Source: Veleropilina oligotropha
Taxonomy: Eukaryota
DNA length: 64,000 nucleotides
Direction: 5' to 3'
Assembly (NCBI GenBank): GCA_048128005.1
Contig: JBEUKZ010000031.1
Coordinates: 62,001 to 126,000 of the forward strand
In this document: positions 52,233-64,000 of the stretch, one piece after another
Layout of the letters: each line of letters starts with the position of its first letter
Position numbering within the stretch: position 1 is the first letter of the stretch
Made by a program: the position numbers and the translations under genes
Notes under the pieces: model-generated
Told to the model about the DNA's origin: nothing
Seen by the model: only the letters and a program-made list of their open reading frames with translations
Databases searched by the model: none

Positions 52233-53124
52233 CAGGCGCGGATCCAGGAATTCCGCTTAGGGGGGGCGCTAAATTTACTATCAATGAAATTACTATCAGC
52301 ATGCTGTCTGAACTAGACCTCCAAACGTTGCAGGACAGGAGAAAGGAGCTACGCCTGACGTTCCTATTTAAAGTGGTCGAGGGGTTAATACCAGCACCAC
52401 CGCCTTCTCAACATCTAACCAAGGTCACAAACAAACGGCGTATCAGGACATCGGTACGGCTTGATGGTTACCTGAATGACAACCCTGTAAGGAACTACCA
52501 ACTAAACCATTCCAAGTGCCTTGAACCAATTCAAGCCACCACTCTTGTCTACAAGAACAGTTTTCTCGTGAGGACAATTCCCGAGTGGAACCGACTAGAA
52601 GAGTCCACCGTTCTCCTCAACAAACCTGAGGCCTTCAAAGCGGCCCTCAGTGTACAGAACAATTAAACAAAAATTTGCATGCGCTCTCTCATCCGTTGTC
52701 ATAATGCCATTATTGGATTCTACAACGTACTGATACAGATACAGATTGTTCGCGTGGGGACGGGGCCCCACGTGAACGAAAATTCAACAGCCTGAAACCC
52801 CCTCTCCTGCACTCTGACAGGGCAAAAGCGATATTTCATTCTAACTTTTTATGAACCACCGTCACTCAAATAGCACGAGACAAATTTGTATTTTATTTTG
52901 TCATAATCGAATTGTCCGCGTGGGGTCGGCGCCCCACGCGCAAGGAAATTTTGACAATTAACGATGTGAAATCCCCCCTCCTGCATTATTACATTGCAAC
53001 AGCCTATTTATAATGTTCTGAAAGTCATTTGTATCAGATTATACATATTATTTTAGTATGCTTGGCCAACTTTAAGGGGGGCGCGCGCCGGGTGCGCCCC
53101 CCCCCCCCCCTGGATCCGGGCCTG
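52233..53124 (+). mobile_element. hAT5-like MITE, copy 1 (5-bp TSD), interrupted by a LINE fragment
   Basis: TIRs CAGGCGCGGATCCAGG / CCTGGATCCGGGCCTG; TSD ATCTC; near-identical inverted copy at 62579-62996. Confidence 0.85.
52290..52745 (+). mobile_element. RTE-X-like LINE 3' fragment
   Basis: SMLSELDLQTLQDRRKELRLTFLFKVVEG...YKNSFLVRTIPEWNRL and a GATACAGATACAGA tail; absent from MITE copy 2. Confidence 0.8.
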
Positions 53125-54019
53125 ATCTCTACAGCACGCTCGATAGAGTGCGGAGCCCTAGTTGTGCCAATTATTAGGTGCAATATAACTTTCATACTTT
53201 AAATCAGAGTTTATTATTTACATAGACAAACTGACGGTTATGTGTTTCTTGAATAGGCTTACACCTCGTGAGGGCGTGGATAATGAAAACGTATCCAGGA
53301 TGACATTCAACACCAATATCCAGTGAGAGAATTGTCATCCCCAATGCGATTGGGGGTTTAATAAGTTGAACTTAACACAATACCCGGGGGCCAAGGGGGA
53401 TAGGTTGACATCGTCTGCTGTAATAGGTTGGTGTCTTTTTTTCATTTATATACCCCCATGGAATAATTCTAGGTTGGCCAGCTTTCTGGGAAATCCACAG
53501 GGACTATTCTATAGATGATTTATTATTTTACCACAGCTGTAAAACTGGCACCAGTCAAACGGGAGTGTACTAGCATTAATAGGATAATTTCATTTAAAAC
53601 ATGTTATAAACAATGGACATCATACTTATTATTATCAATGACACATCTAATTATCAAATGAAGCATTGCATTTCAATACATATTATAAAATAATTATATA
53701 CACCCCTTAATTGACTATATTGAATAACAGTATTCAGAGCATACATTATTAAGATTTCCTAAATTGATGACACAATACATATTGATAGGTCTGCGTGTAT
53801 TTGCTCAGTGAGCAAAAGGCGATCGCATGGTACTAGTTATAACGTTATGTTTGTTGCTTGGCAGGTCAATATTACGAATCGGTTGATCTGAAATTCAATA
53901 TATCGAATCCGGTGACCTGTTCAGCTTCCATATGTTAATAGTAAATCTTCTTTTGTTTGTGCTAAACATACCAGTACTCTCTGGTTAATCTTGTGTTCAG
54001 TGAACATGATTGGAGTACA

Positions 54020-54460
54020 GAATAGTTAAAGTAATCTTCATCATGTCGGAGAATAGGACGGGTTTCCAGGCACCGCTGGGTGCTCCATTGTCCTTCATAT
54101 TGTTCCTCTCCATCTGGCTGTGTCCTTGGCATCACCCTGGATAACACCAATCTGCCACATGTCGATGGACACAGCGTGCTGGCACGTTTTCCTTGATTTG
54201 CCGGCAGGTTTCCCCAACCGTCTTCCTCAAACTCGTCATAATCTTCCCTCGTATCCCATGTCGCGCAACCGTATACGCGTGGAGGAAGCAGCTTCTGACA
54301 CATGCGAAGTATACTTGGGCCTTCATATTTCGAGATGGCGCCTTGGATGTTAGAAATGGTGCCAACTCTCGGAACCTCTTCCGCGCACACCTCAATCTCG
54401 TCGGCACGGCTGCGTCCACACCCTCCACACTCAGTGCGTCTCCTGCACAGGAACGCCGCA
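54020..54460 (-). mobile_element. RTE-clade LINE fragment
   Basis: GVDAAVPTRLRCARKRFRELAPFLTSKAPSRNMKAQVYFACVRSC, typical of the RTE post-RT region; frameshifted. Confidence 0.7.
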
Positions 54461-55559
54461 CTTAAAGTTAAATAGCAATAAAGTTATTAACCCTTTAATT
54501 GGTTGTGACATCAAGGTTAAAGCCCCAGTCATACCGGGCATGCGACCAGATTAAGGCCTATTTGTTACCGAAAAATGTTGGAATTTCGGGTAAATCGTAG
54601 AAAGAGCGCTAATTAAGTGATCGCAGAGGTCGTGGGTGATCGCCAGAACAAAATCAGTCGCTTCAAGGACGATGATCATGTTAAAAACTTCTCATCGTAA
54701 GAGGTTGCAGACAGGTTTTACATGATCGTACCACCACTGTCAACCAGTCGCGAATGGTTTCACCACCAGTCGTCCACGATCGTGGGTAAAGCAACTTCAC
54801 GATTGTTCCGGCAAATGTACGTACCACTGGCGTTATTCTGAAGTAACAGCGAACAACGCGATGTCTTTTGTGGTGCTGACTTGCTCCATTATGTGGTTGA
54901 TAAGTTGGCACTCATGTTTGATCGGTGTGTTTTGCTACGTGATGGTGATAACATTACCTTTGATTCTGTTGAAGGCTAATGTCCGAACTTAATTTCTATT
55001 TCTCCAGTTGGTGGTTGCCAAACTGTAGATAGTCACGCTCTTGCCATGATGTTTCATAAAGGTACACACACATTATAGCATCATCGACAAATAATCTGAC
55101 CAGTGATTTTGGCCACTCATGGTACATTGTGGTACGCCTATATTTTTTATTCAAAGCATAATTATGTACATAAGAAACACCGGCCTATAAATTGCTTGGC
55201 TTGTATATCTTCACTTTCTTGAGTATCGGTGAGATACGTATACTTACCTCCAGTGGAGTGTTAGTGTAGAGTACTGAACGATTATCAACAGGCATCGTGA
55301 TAGAAGTGCTGCAAGTACCTTCGAGATTCTTGCTGGCAGTAGGTTGGGGCCACCTGCCTTGTTGAATTTCAGTCCTGATAGATCTTGCGAATTCCCGAGG
55401 TTCTGATAGTGATTTCTCGCATATAAACACTGAAGAGTATTGTCGGCTTAGAATGTCATCTCTCCCTTTGACACTTGATATTAGTGGAGCTTTTTATTTG
55501 AGGGGTGGCGATTAAGTGCGATACTTATTAATATATTTTATGTATTACCATATATTCCC

Positions 55560-56100
55560 TTGTGGTTGCATGCTGATTTTCTTCGTCATCAAGAATATGA
55601 CTTTCGATGTAGTGTTTCTGGTTCGTGTAGGTCTTTGTGTGGCCTTCCTTTCATGTCTGCTTATGGCGCTATAATATTCTGTTTTCTTTCTGTACGTCTT
55701 TCGTGATCTCTTAGGAGAACCATGGCATGCTTTTTTAAATTTTCTTTCCAGGGCTTGCTTGAAATGAATGTGTCTATGACTGACATTCACGAATTCACCC
55801 CGGTAGTTTCGGAGAACGTCGAACTCGTTGTTTGCGATGGAGTGGTATTCGTCACAAAAATCACTAGCAAAGCTTGCCATGTGAGATGCCCCATTTCTTG
55901 TAGACATACTCTTTGTGGAAAGCCTTTTTGTTCAGGTGTCTTAAATTAAAAATGTCAACAAATGGAATGTCGTGGTCCGAATTGCATGGGATGACTCCCA
56001 CTCGGTTGATTATTAATGGATGATTAGTGGATAACAAATCGAGGATGTTACTTGTAGATTCAGTGGTTAGTTCAATTCTGACTTCCTGCATTCGAAGCGC
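55560..56100 (-). mobile_element. LINE endonuclease/linker fragment (RTE-X-like)
   Basis: SNILDLLSTNHPLIINRVGVIPCNSDHDIPFVD matches the APE C-terminal LDL...SDH motifs. Confidence 0.7.
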
Positions 56101-56204
56101 AACGTGTTCCAAAGAAACATGTTCAACCCGCCTTCCTCTAGCGGCCCCTGACAATAACCAAACTGGTCGATGGTTACTGGTTTAACTGCTCTGTCTATGA
56201 CGAG

Positions 56205-56403
56205 TACGTTCGGACTTTGGTTGGTGCAATATCATTCTTTGTTCAGTTACCCGTGACAGTTGTCCATAACTGGCCGGAGAAGGTGTGTTTTTCATGATCA
56301 CCGGGCTTATCTCCCGCGATAATATGAAGATGTATACGGTATGAACCTACCTGACGGGTTGTTTAAAACAGGGCATTATAAGCATCGATCCAAATCCAAA
56401 TCC
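56205..56403 (+). mobile_element. SINE copy, same family as 26880
   Basis: Shared core and GCATCGATCCAAATCCAAATCC tail. Confidence 0.65.
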
Positions 56404-57365
56404 AGTGTTTATCACATCCAGAAATGGTCATGACACCTGTTGGTTGATCTATCTAAACTACAGCGTGTCCAAAATACCACCACAAGCAATGTCACATGAA
56501 TCATATTGCAATCTTCACTGTGCATTGAAAACAAACTTCTAATTACGATATACAAATCACTACACGTGGTCATTTATTTAACGGACCTTCTTCTGCCATA
56601 CCACTTGCGCGATCTGTACGATTTTCTTCGAAGAGTCAGCTGAATGTCCCGAGCATAAATGTCAGAACATATGTTTTTCTATTTAATACCGCACTAAAGC
56701 TGTTACTATTTGAATATACATACGGATATCATGTATTTTTCTGTTGCCACACTATTTGTCATTAATATTGTAGATACAGATCAGTATTAAGTAAGTAATG
56801 ACGTAACCCTGAAATATCATTAGTCTGAACTGCCCCAGGGTTTCTGTCAGTATTAGATATTTGCGGAAATTAAGTGTCATATCATTTGAACTCGGGGTCA
56901 CGTGGGCGAATTATTACCACAGACTAACCAATTATAAATACACGTATATTATATGTTGAGTTTCTGAAATACACTGTGCGGTTTTATAGTCCGTTCAAGA
57001 AAGGAGTATATGCAATCACCTCTTCATAATATTATTATCTCCCCGATTACAGTCCTATTCCACAGGAGAAATCCCCCCCCCCCCCCCCCCCTGTGAGCAT
57101 CCAACTATCAAAGACACAACACCTTGAAAACACTAACATATTGACAACATCTACACGAATAACTTACTGACAATATTTGACGTTGACAACCTGATAATTT
57201 TCCCATGATCATGTTGTTGGTTTAAATGATTGATGTTTGCTGATGTTGCATGACTACATATGTAAATCTAAATACATATAATAATACACCAAAACACATG
57301 AATTTAAATATAGTATATTAATACATAAGTTTCCACATTGATCATCTAGACGAAAACTCTATATA

Positions 57366-57814
57366 CCGTAAAGCTTCTAATAGATGCCCGGGCGTTAAAT
57401 GGTTTCAGGTAGCTCGTAGACCCGGCGTCTTATAAGAGGCCGGCGGTTGTGAGAGGCCCGGCGTTTATTAATTTCGTTGACCATTTCTGAACTTAGAACA
57501 TCACCTTCACGTGGTGTCCAGGTCTACTTGTAAACATGTATAAATCCTCAAATGCGGCTTTCAAAAGTCTGAATATATTCACTTGTTTTTTACATTCATG
57601 GAACAAATCGCCAGACAGCACGTGGAATCATCCAGCCATCACCCAGACAGACTAATCACGTGAACACAGATACTTTTATTTTTAGGCGTGCCCGTTGTTT
57701 TGCATCAGGAAATCTCTGAGTTGGCGTTTATTAGCGACCCGGCGACTATTAATTTCAATACACTCATACCCACGGCGTGTATTAGAGACCCGGCTACTAT
57801 TAGAAGCTTTACGA
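57366..57814. mobile_element. Tc1/mariner-type MITE (TA TSD)
   Basis: TA|CCGTAAAGCTTCTAATAG...CTATTAGAAGCTTTACGA|TA; repeated GACCCGGCG motifs. Confidence 0.8.
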
Positions 57815-58179
57815 TACATTACTTTCTACAAAAAAAAGCTTCACCGCGGGACTGCTCTGTCTAACAGGAGTGGGTTCGGACAACCGGCGGAGACACTCTG
57901 CATCCTGGCGATAATACGGACATGTCCAGATATGAAGCTGTAGGTTGTTAAATGGGACATTTAACATCGATTCTAAACAAACACACACAGTATGATTGTA
58001 CTGCAACCATGTATACATACACTTTCTATTGTTAGAACTACATGAAAAATAGATCTTATCACTTCAATCTTTAGGCCTAAAATAATAGTAATTAATAAAG
58101 TGCCACAGTTGGAGGAGTACCACGTAGGGGAACCCGGGGCAAAGCGGACCAAAAAAGTTTGGGTTGGTAAAACATGATT

Positions 58180-58527
58180 AACAAGAACGACGCGTTCGAA
58201 ATATGTCTTGACCTTTCTTTATTTCCCTCAAATTTACATAACAGTTAATACAATGGCTAAGTGCAAGTACTTCATGGCTTAATTTACTACCCCGTCGATT
58301 GTGACGTCACCAAATGACGATTAATCTAAGGCGACGTCGTAATGACGTCATTGCCATTTGCTTGCAATATTAGACATCCGTTATATACAAATATGGATAA
58401 AAGTGCTCAATAAATGCATATTTTTGCAAAATTGTGTCGTGAAAGTTATATACACCACCTACAAATACTCTTGGGAATGTGTATACCAATTTTGGTGAAA
58501 ATTGAGCGGGTAGTTTTCAAATAAATC

Positions 58528-58559
<32 letters not shown>

Positions 58560-58641
58560 AGTATATAAGTATATAAGTATATACACACGGACCATTTGAT
58601 AATGTCTTGTCCTTTTTTACAAAAAGGTCAAGACATAAAAA
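58180..58641 (-). mobile_element. HINE-type element nested in the pogo-like transposon
   Basis: Minus strand reads TTTT, ATGTCTTGACC, inverted GGACAAGACAT, (TA)n, 3' GGTCAAGACAT, hairpin GAACGCGTCGTTC, then TTGTT. Confidence 0.8.
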
Positions 58642-58858
58642 CGGAGGCCCAGAAAAAACATTTTATTATGTCCTTTTACCTAGGACTAGCACTAGCGAGA
58701 GACACCAACAATATTCATCAAAATTATAACTGAAGTAATATATATGAAATTTAAAATATTGAAAAAATTCCCCTTTGCCCCATGCTCTCGGGGCAAAGTG
58801 AATCTTATGATGGGGCAAAGTGAATTATACAGTTTTGCTCCATTGTCCTGGTACTGAA

Positions 58859-60957
58859 TCATTCCATACAGAATTCACATGTGTAATTCACGCCGTCATC
58901 TGATCCTGCACACTGCTCGTGTGCCCATTTCTGGCATGTGTCACACATGATCCACTGTTCGCCTGCTTTGGATTCTGAATAACGACTAGAACAGTAGATA
59001 CAAGCAGGGTTCTTAACAGTTGTTCCCGAATCGACGCTAACGGACTTTCCTTTTTCCGCTTTCCCTCCACCGCGACTCTTCTTTTTAGCTTTGGAGTCGG
59101 CAAACAATTGAACTTTTGAGACAGGTTTCTTTTGTTTCCGACCTTGATCAGTCTGCAACTCTTTCATATTTGGACTGCTCGTCAGAATTACAGTTTTTCC
59201 CCTTCTAATGTCTTGCCTTCGCAGTTGAGTATTTTCGACTTTAGGGATACCCATTATGTCTGCCGGAGACAGGTAATTATTTCGGGATGCTGGTGTATTG
59301 CTAGCGGGTGGTGTATTGTTGGGTGGACAAGGAGAGGGTGATGTATGGTTGGATGGCCCTGGAGTTGCTTGTGCATTGTTTGATGGCACTGGATTTGCTG
59401 GTGCATTGTTGGATGGACCTGGAGCAGATAGTGCATTGTAGGATGGATCTGGATCGAGTGGTTTATTGTTGGATGGGCCTGAAGCGAGTGACGCGTTGTT
59501 GGCCGGATCTGGAGTGGGTGGTGCCTTGTTATCCGGACCTGGAGCGGGCGGTGCCATGGTGGCCGGACTTGGAATGGGAGGTGCTATGTTGGCCGGACCT
59601 GGAGCGGGCGGTGCCTCGTTGGCCGGATCTGGAGTGGGTGGTGCCTTGTTATCTGGACCTGGAGCGGGCGGTGCCATGATGGCCGGACTTGGAATGGGAG
59701 GTGCTATGTTGGCCGGACCTAGAGCGGGCGGTGCCTCGTTGGCCGGACCTGGAGCGGGATGTGCCATGTTGTCCGGACCTAGAGCGGGCGGTGCCATGTT
59801 GGCTGGAGCGGGATGTGCCATGTTGTCCGGACCTGGAGCGGGCGGTGCCATGTTGGCCGGACCTGGAGTGGGCGGTGCCATGTTGGCCGGACCTGGAGCG
59901 GGCGGTACCACGTTTGACGGACCTGCATGGAACGGGTGGTTCCTCTACTGGTATGGGCCTATCTGTGGTTTCTGCTGCAGCAAACATGTGATCTGGGAAG
60001 ATGTCAGGGTTAAAGGGACATATCCCGGTTTTGGCAAAACCGTCATGGCTGTTGTTGATGTCGCAGCCCTCTGGTAGACAGCGCCAAACAAAGCTCCAAC
60101 CTGGTAGATAGTGATGACCTTCCCTGGATGGGTTCTGAGCCACACACGCACTTGTTGCTCATAGTAAGTACTTAACGGCCCCATGAATGAAACGTCAAGC
60201 GGTTGAATGCGATGTGAAGTGTGAGGTGGGATGACGAGAAGGTGGACGTGATTTGCCCTCGCCTCTTCGATTAAGTTGATGTTCTTCGTGTGGGTTGCAT
60301 GTCCATCAAATATTATAAGTACAGGGTCTTCGATCGTAGGCTTCGCGTGACGTAAAAAGAGGTTGAACCATTTATCAGCGAATATATCAGACTGCATCCA
60401 CCCAGACGGATGACATGCTATCACTGTTTCTGGCGGTGTTGGTATTTCAAAAAGCGGATTCACTTTCTTTCGCGGGAATACAAGCAACGGGGGTATGTAG
60501 TTTACCAGCGCATTGAAACAAATTTCCGCTGTTACGAGAGTTCCTCTCTCTGCCGAGGCTAGAGCACCGACTTGCTTTTTTCCTTTCATGGATAAAGCCT
60601 TCGATGTCTTGTTTGCAACAGTCATGACTCTAGTTTCGTCGTTGTTATAGATACGACTTGGTGGAAAATGGAATCTGTCGTTCAGTGATCCCAGCAACTC
60701 GAAGAAATTCCCCACGACCACCCTGTTGAAACCCGCTGCCCTAGCTGCTGAGGTTGCTTCTGGCGTGCGTAAAGATATTATTTTGTGACGCTTCAAAAAT
60801 CCGTAAATAAAATCCTCTCCTGCCATCTCCAGTTCCCATATGTTTCGGCTGCTTCTGAAAGCGTCATTGACTTGTCACGCACTTTAGCCACTGCATCTTT
60901 CATAACTTCTTTGGACCATTTCTGCTGTTCAGTTTTCAGTTTGTAGTTGCGAACCAT
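58859..60957 (-). pseudogene. Disrupted transposase: HTH_psq-like, DDE_1 (DD36D), Pro-rich repeat, PHD finger
   Basis: MVRNYKLKT...LSEAAETYG; deletion/frameshift near 60830; IYNNDET, IIFDGHATH, PPHTSHRIQPLD (36 residues between the last two D); frameshift near 60040; C-terminal CIYC...WIMCDTCQKWAHEQCAG...YTCEFC. Confidence 0.9.
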
Positions 60958-61500
60958 TTCGGATAAAATGTGTGGAAACAATTTATAGACAGATTCAAAC
61001 CAAAGCAGAACAAATTATAATTTTGGCAGATTTTTTCTAAACGGATCGATCGCGTGGGGCAAAGTGGAATTGAATCCACTTTGCCCCATCCACTTTGCCC
61101 CGACCATGTGATACTTTTGTACACATATGGCGTGATCGCACGAAAACATATATAAGGAATGTTATTATGTGAATAGCACACCTATACAATAGTTTAATTA
61201 ACATGACTGATATATCAAAATTATACAATAGCACGGTAGTTTTATCAGACGATTAATTCATACAAATTATTCGTTCAAACCGACCGAAAACAGACTTTCT
61301 CGACAAAAAACACATACCGGATCCGTGCAAATGGCTACCATCTAAAAACAGTCCTCAACCACGTGGACAATCTAATGAAGACAGCTACAGATAGATGGCA
61401 GCACGAACATTTGGTTGCAGGGGCTGTTTCGCTTTACCTCGTGTTTCACTTTGTCCCGGGTTCCCCTACACATATTATCAATGCGTTTTCGACCATATAC

Positions 61501-62075
61501 ATCACAACGGCATGCAACGCTGCTTATCGTTCGGCTGTTTCCGTTTGACGATTAGCGCAGTTCATTGTTACTATATTAGATAGACAAGGGAGCACACTAA
61601 GGACGGGACACATGCTATACCATCCCGACATTTCGCTGAATTATTTCATTTGTCACAATATTGGTTCGAATATGTCAAATTCGGGAAGAAGAAGCATATA
61701 TGCGTCCCGTTTATTTAGTTGTTGTTTACAAGAGAGACTTAGTAGTTGTTTGCAAGAGGTGTGTAAGTTAATTTTTAAATATATTGTTTGTTGAACAACC
61801 TAGTTATCGATAGTGTTAACGCCGAGTGTTAAATACGCGTCATTTGCAATTTATTCGTCATGTTATCGAGTAGAGAGCAGCACACGCTGGTCATTGGCCA
61901 CTATTCGAACCAACATCTTGTGACAAATGAAATAATTCAGTGAAATGTCGGGATGGTATAGCATGTGTCTCGTCCTTAGTGTCTCCCCTTGTCTATATTA
62001 TATAGTAACAATGAACTGCGCTAATCGTCAATCGGAAACAGCCGAACGATAAGCAGCGTTACATGCGCCTGTGAT
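61501..62075. mobile_element. Foldback MITE with ~170-bp inverted arms
   Basis: 61501-61672 is the near-perfect reverse complement of ~61902-62075; termini are CAC...GTG; TSD ambiguous. Confidence 0.85.
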
Positions 62076-62345
62076 ATAGTGTAATACTAACAAATTAACC
62101 TATAAATATTGATACATTATTATCTTCTTCAGAGGGACTATAGTTCTGTTATTGTAGTGCTTCTGGAACTTCGGCAAAATTGTGTCGCTTTGTGTAATGG
62201 ACTATACTCCGAAGTTGGCCCTTGCCTCCGTGAATTTCCTCTGTGATCTTCCCATTCGTTTACTAGTAATTGTGATATCGGCCGTTCGACAACCAACCCG
62301 AGATCGTACTCTTTTGGATGCTGCAAACACCTACCACCGGATAAG

Positions 62346-62436
62346 TAATATAGGGCACCGATCCGGGGTTTTTCGCAACCCCTACATAACCGGTTACGTC
62401 GGGGTTGCGAAAAAATCGGATCGGTGCCCTAGACTA
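62346..62436. mobile_element. 91-bp palindromic mini-element with 9-bp TSD (AcademH-like)
   Basis: TAATATAGGGCACCGATCCG...CGGATCGGTGCCCTAGACTA; flanks CCGGATAAG / CCAGATAAG. Confidence 0.7.
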
Positions 62437-62578
62437 CCAGATAAGATGACGCAGTTCAAACACACATTGTAACAATATACACAATAAAGAAAACTACAAT
62501 AGTCATCACATCGCAAGACATCACGGTTCCCCATCACGTGTGCACGTGATTGGGTAGGGTTTGCGCCAAGTCAATTAT

Positions 62579-62996
62579 CAGGCGCGGATCCAGGGGGGCG
62601 CGCCCCCCTTAAAGTTGGCCAAGCATACTAAAATAATATGTATAATCTGATACAAATGACTTTCAGAACATTATAAATAGGCTGTTGCAATGTAATAATG
62701 CAGGAGGGGGGATTTCACATCGTTAATTGTCAAAATTTTCTTGCGCGTGGGGCGCCGACCCCACGCGGACAATTCGATTATGACAAAATAAAATACAAAT
62801 TTGACTGTGCTATATGAGTGACGGTGGTTCATAAAAGTTAGAATGAAATATCGCTTTTGCCCTGTCAGAGTGCAGGAGAGGGGGTTTCAGGCTGTTGATT
62901 CTCAAAATTTTCTTTCGCGTGGGGCCCCGCCACCACGCGAACAGCTGATAGTAAATTCAGCGCCCCCCCTAAGCGAAATTCCTGGATCCGCGCCTG
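62579..62996 (-). mobile_element. hAT5-like MITE, copy 2 (uninterrupted, 418 bp)
   Basis: Perfect TIR CAGGCGCGGATCCAGG; TSD ATTAT on both sides. Confidence 0.88.
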
Positions 62997-64000
62997 ATTA
63001 TTATTTATATTATAGACTCGACACCAATTCGTTATTTTAGATATCGGACAAGATTTCGTGGGTTACTTCCATGCAAACTGTTCCGATATCTAAAGCAACG
63101 AAGTGTGTCTCGTACAATAGTTATTATCTATACTCCCGAAGCACTGGTATAATAGCAGAGTGTCCGAGAAAGAACGTAATCATGCATAGACTAACTTAGT
63201 ACATGAAACAAATCCTTCTGATACGGATCCATGTTCTTGGATCTCCCTGTTCGCTTGGTGACTTTTTCTCTTTACATATTGACCCATAATTCTTGGTTGA
63301 CTGCTTCCTTATTGTCGTTAAAGATGCATTGCCCGTAAGTAGCGAAAAATGCTTTTAATTTTAAACCCCGGACTGCAAATGTATTTTTGCCAGTTACCTA
63401 AAGTTAGAAACTTTGCAATTTTCCCCAAAAAATCTATAGACGGGGTACCTGGAGCGCCTACGAATTAAAACTAAAAAATAATTAATAGGGGACCCCTTTT
63501 TATTATGGGTGGCGGCCATTTTGCCGAAAGAAATTTCGTCTCGCTTGGCACTGCAGAAGTTACCTTGGGATTTATTGAAGGTTGAGGTCCAACATTATCA
63601 CTGATTTACTATTTTACAATACTCTCTCATTGCATGCAACTTAGATAAATAATTCATTCATATTTGACGTAACATCTGTATGTTTCGAAAAAAAGTTTGC
63701 TCGAAAATGGACGAAATGTCATTTTTAGGACAAAACGATTTTGTTTTGGACGAAATGTATGCATCCTTGCCAAGTTTAATGGCCGCCACATAGAACGAAC
63801 CACTCTCCAGGCAAAGAGAATACGAAACGACGCCCAGGCTTATATATAGACTATGACTAGACTATGACTATGCGCTTTCTACAATGTCTCTTCTTATTTT
63901 ATTTTTAGACACAGTATATCATCATCATCTAGCTTTCATAATTCAAATCTACATAACAAAAGTTACAAATACATGTTTAAATTGTTATGTAGGCATTATA

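Larger units (their letters stand above)
58127..61466 (-). mobile_element. pogo/Fot-like DNA transposon with both TIRs
   Basis: TA|GGGGAACCCGGGGCAAAG...CTTTGTCCCGGGTTCCCC|TA; GGGGCAAAGTG subterminal repeats near 58790, 58812 and 61056-61100. Confidence 0.92.

Noticed and set aside
54520..55130. Possible second Harbinger-like MITE starting AGCCCCAGTCATACCG
   Set aside because: No matching second TIR or TSD found.
59308..60143. Gly/Ala-rich, WPDLER and RSRSGQHG repeat ORFs
   Set aside because: These are antisense or alternative frames of the 30-bp transposase minisatellite. Only the Pro-rich frame continues into the PHD finger.

Overview
Eukaryotic, AT-rich, transposon-dense animal DNA (repeat style suggests a marine invertebrate such as a mollusc; this is inference). 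One host gene is well supported: VTA1 (ESCRT/VPS4 cofactor) on the minus strand, with 7 coding exons from 51957 to 39517, 915 nt, 304 aa, all introns GT-AG and phases consistent. Positions 1691-16990 are a modular tandem array arranged A-B-B-B / A-B-B / A-B, ending in a Helentron/HINE-like hairpin. All ten module junctions share the heptamer TAATTAT, and one B module carries a young CR1-group LINE with an intact ORF2 and an unusual YCDD reverse transcriptase (RT) motif. The rest is nested mobile DNA: a decayed L2 LINE with a hairpin insert; four HINE-type elements (one carrying a 181-bp satellite); a short canonical Helitron; a pogo/Fot-like transposon with a Pro-rich repeat and PHD finger; CAG...CTG MITEs with 5-6-bp target site duplications (TSDs); TTAA MITEs; a solo LTR; a deleted Harbinger; SINEs; and LINE and Tc1 fragments. 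Family names come from motif recognition by eye, not database searches.
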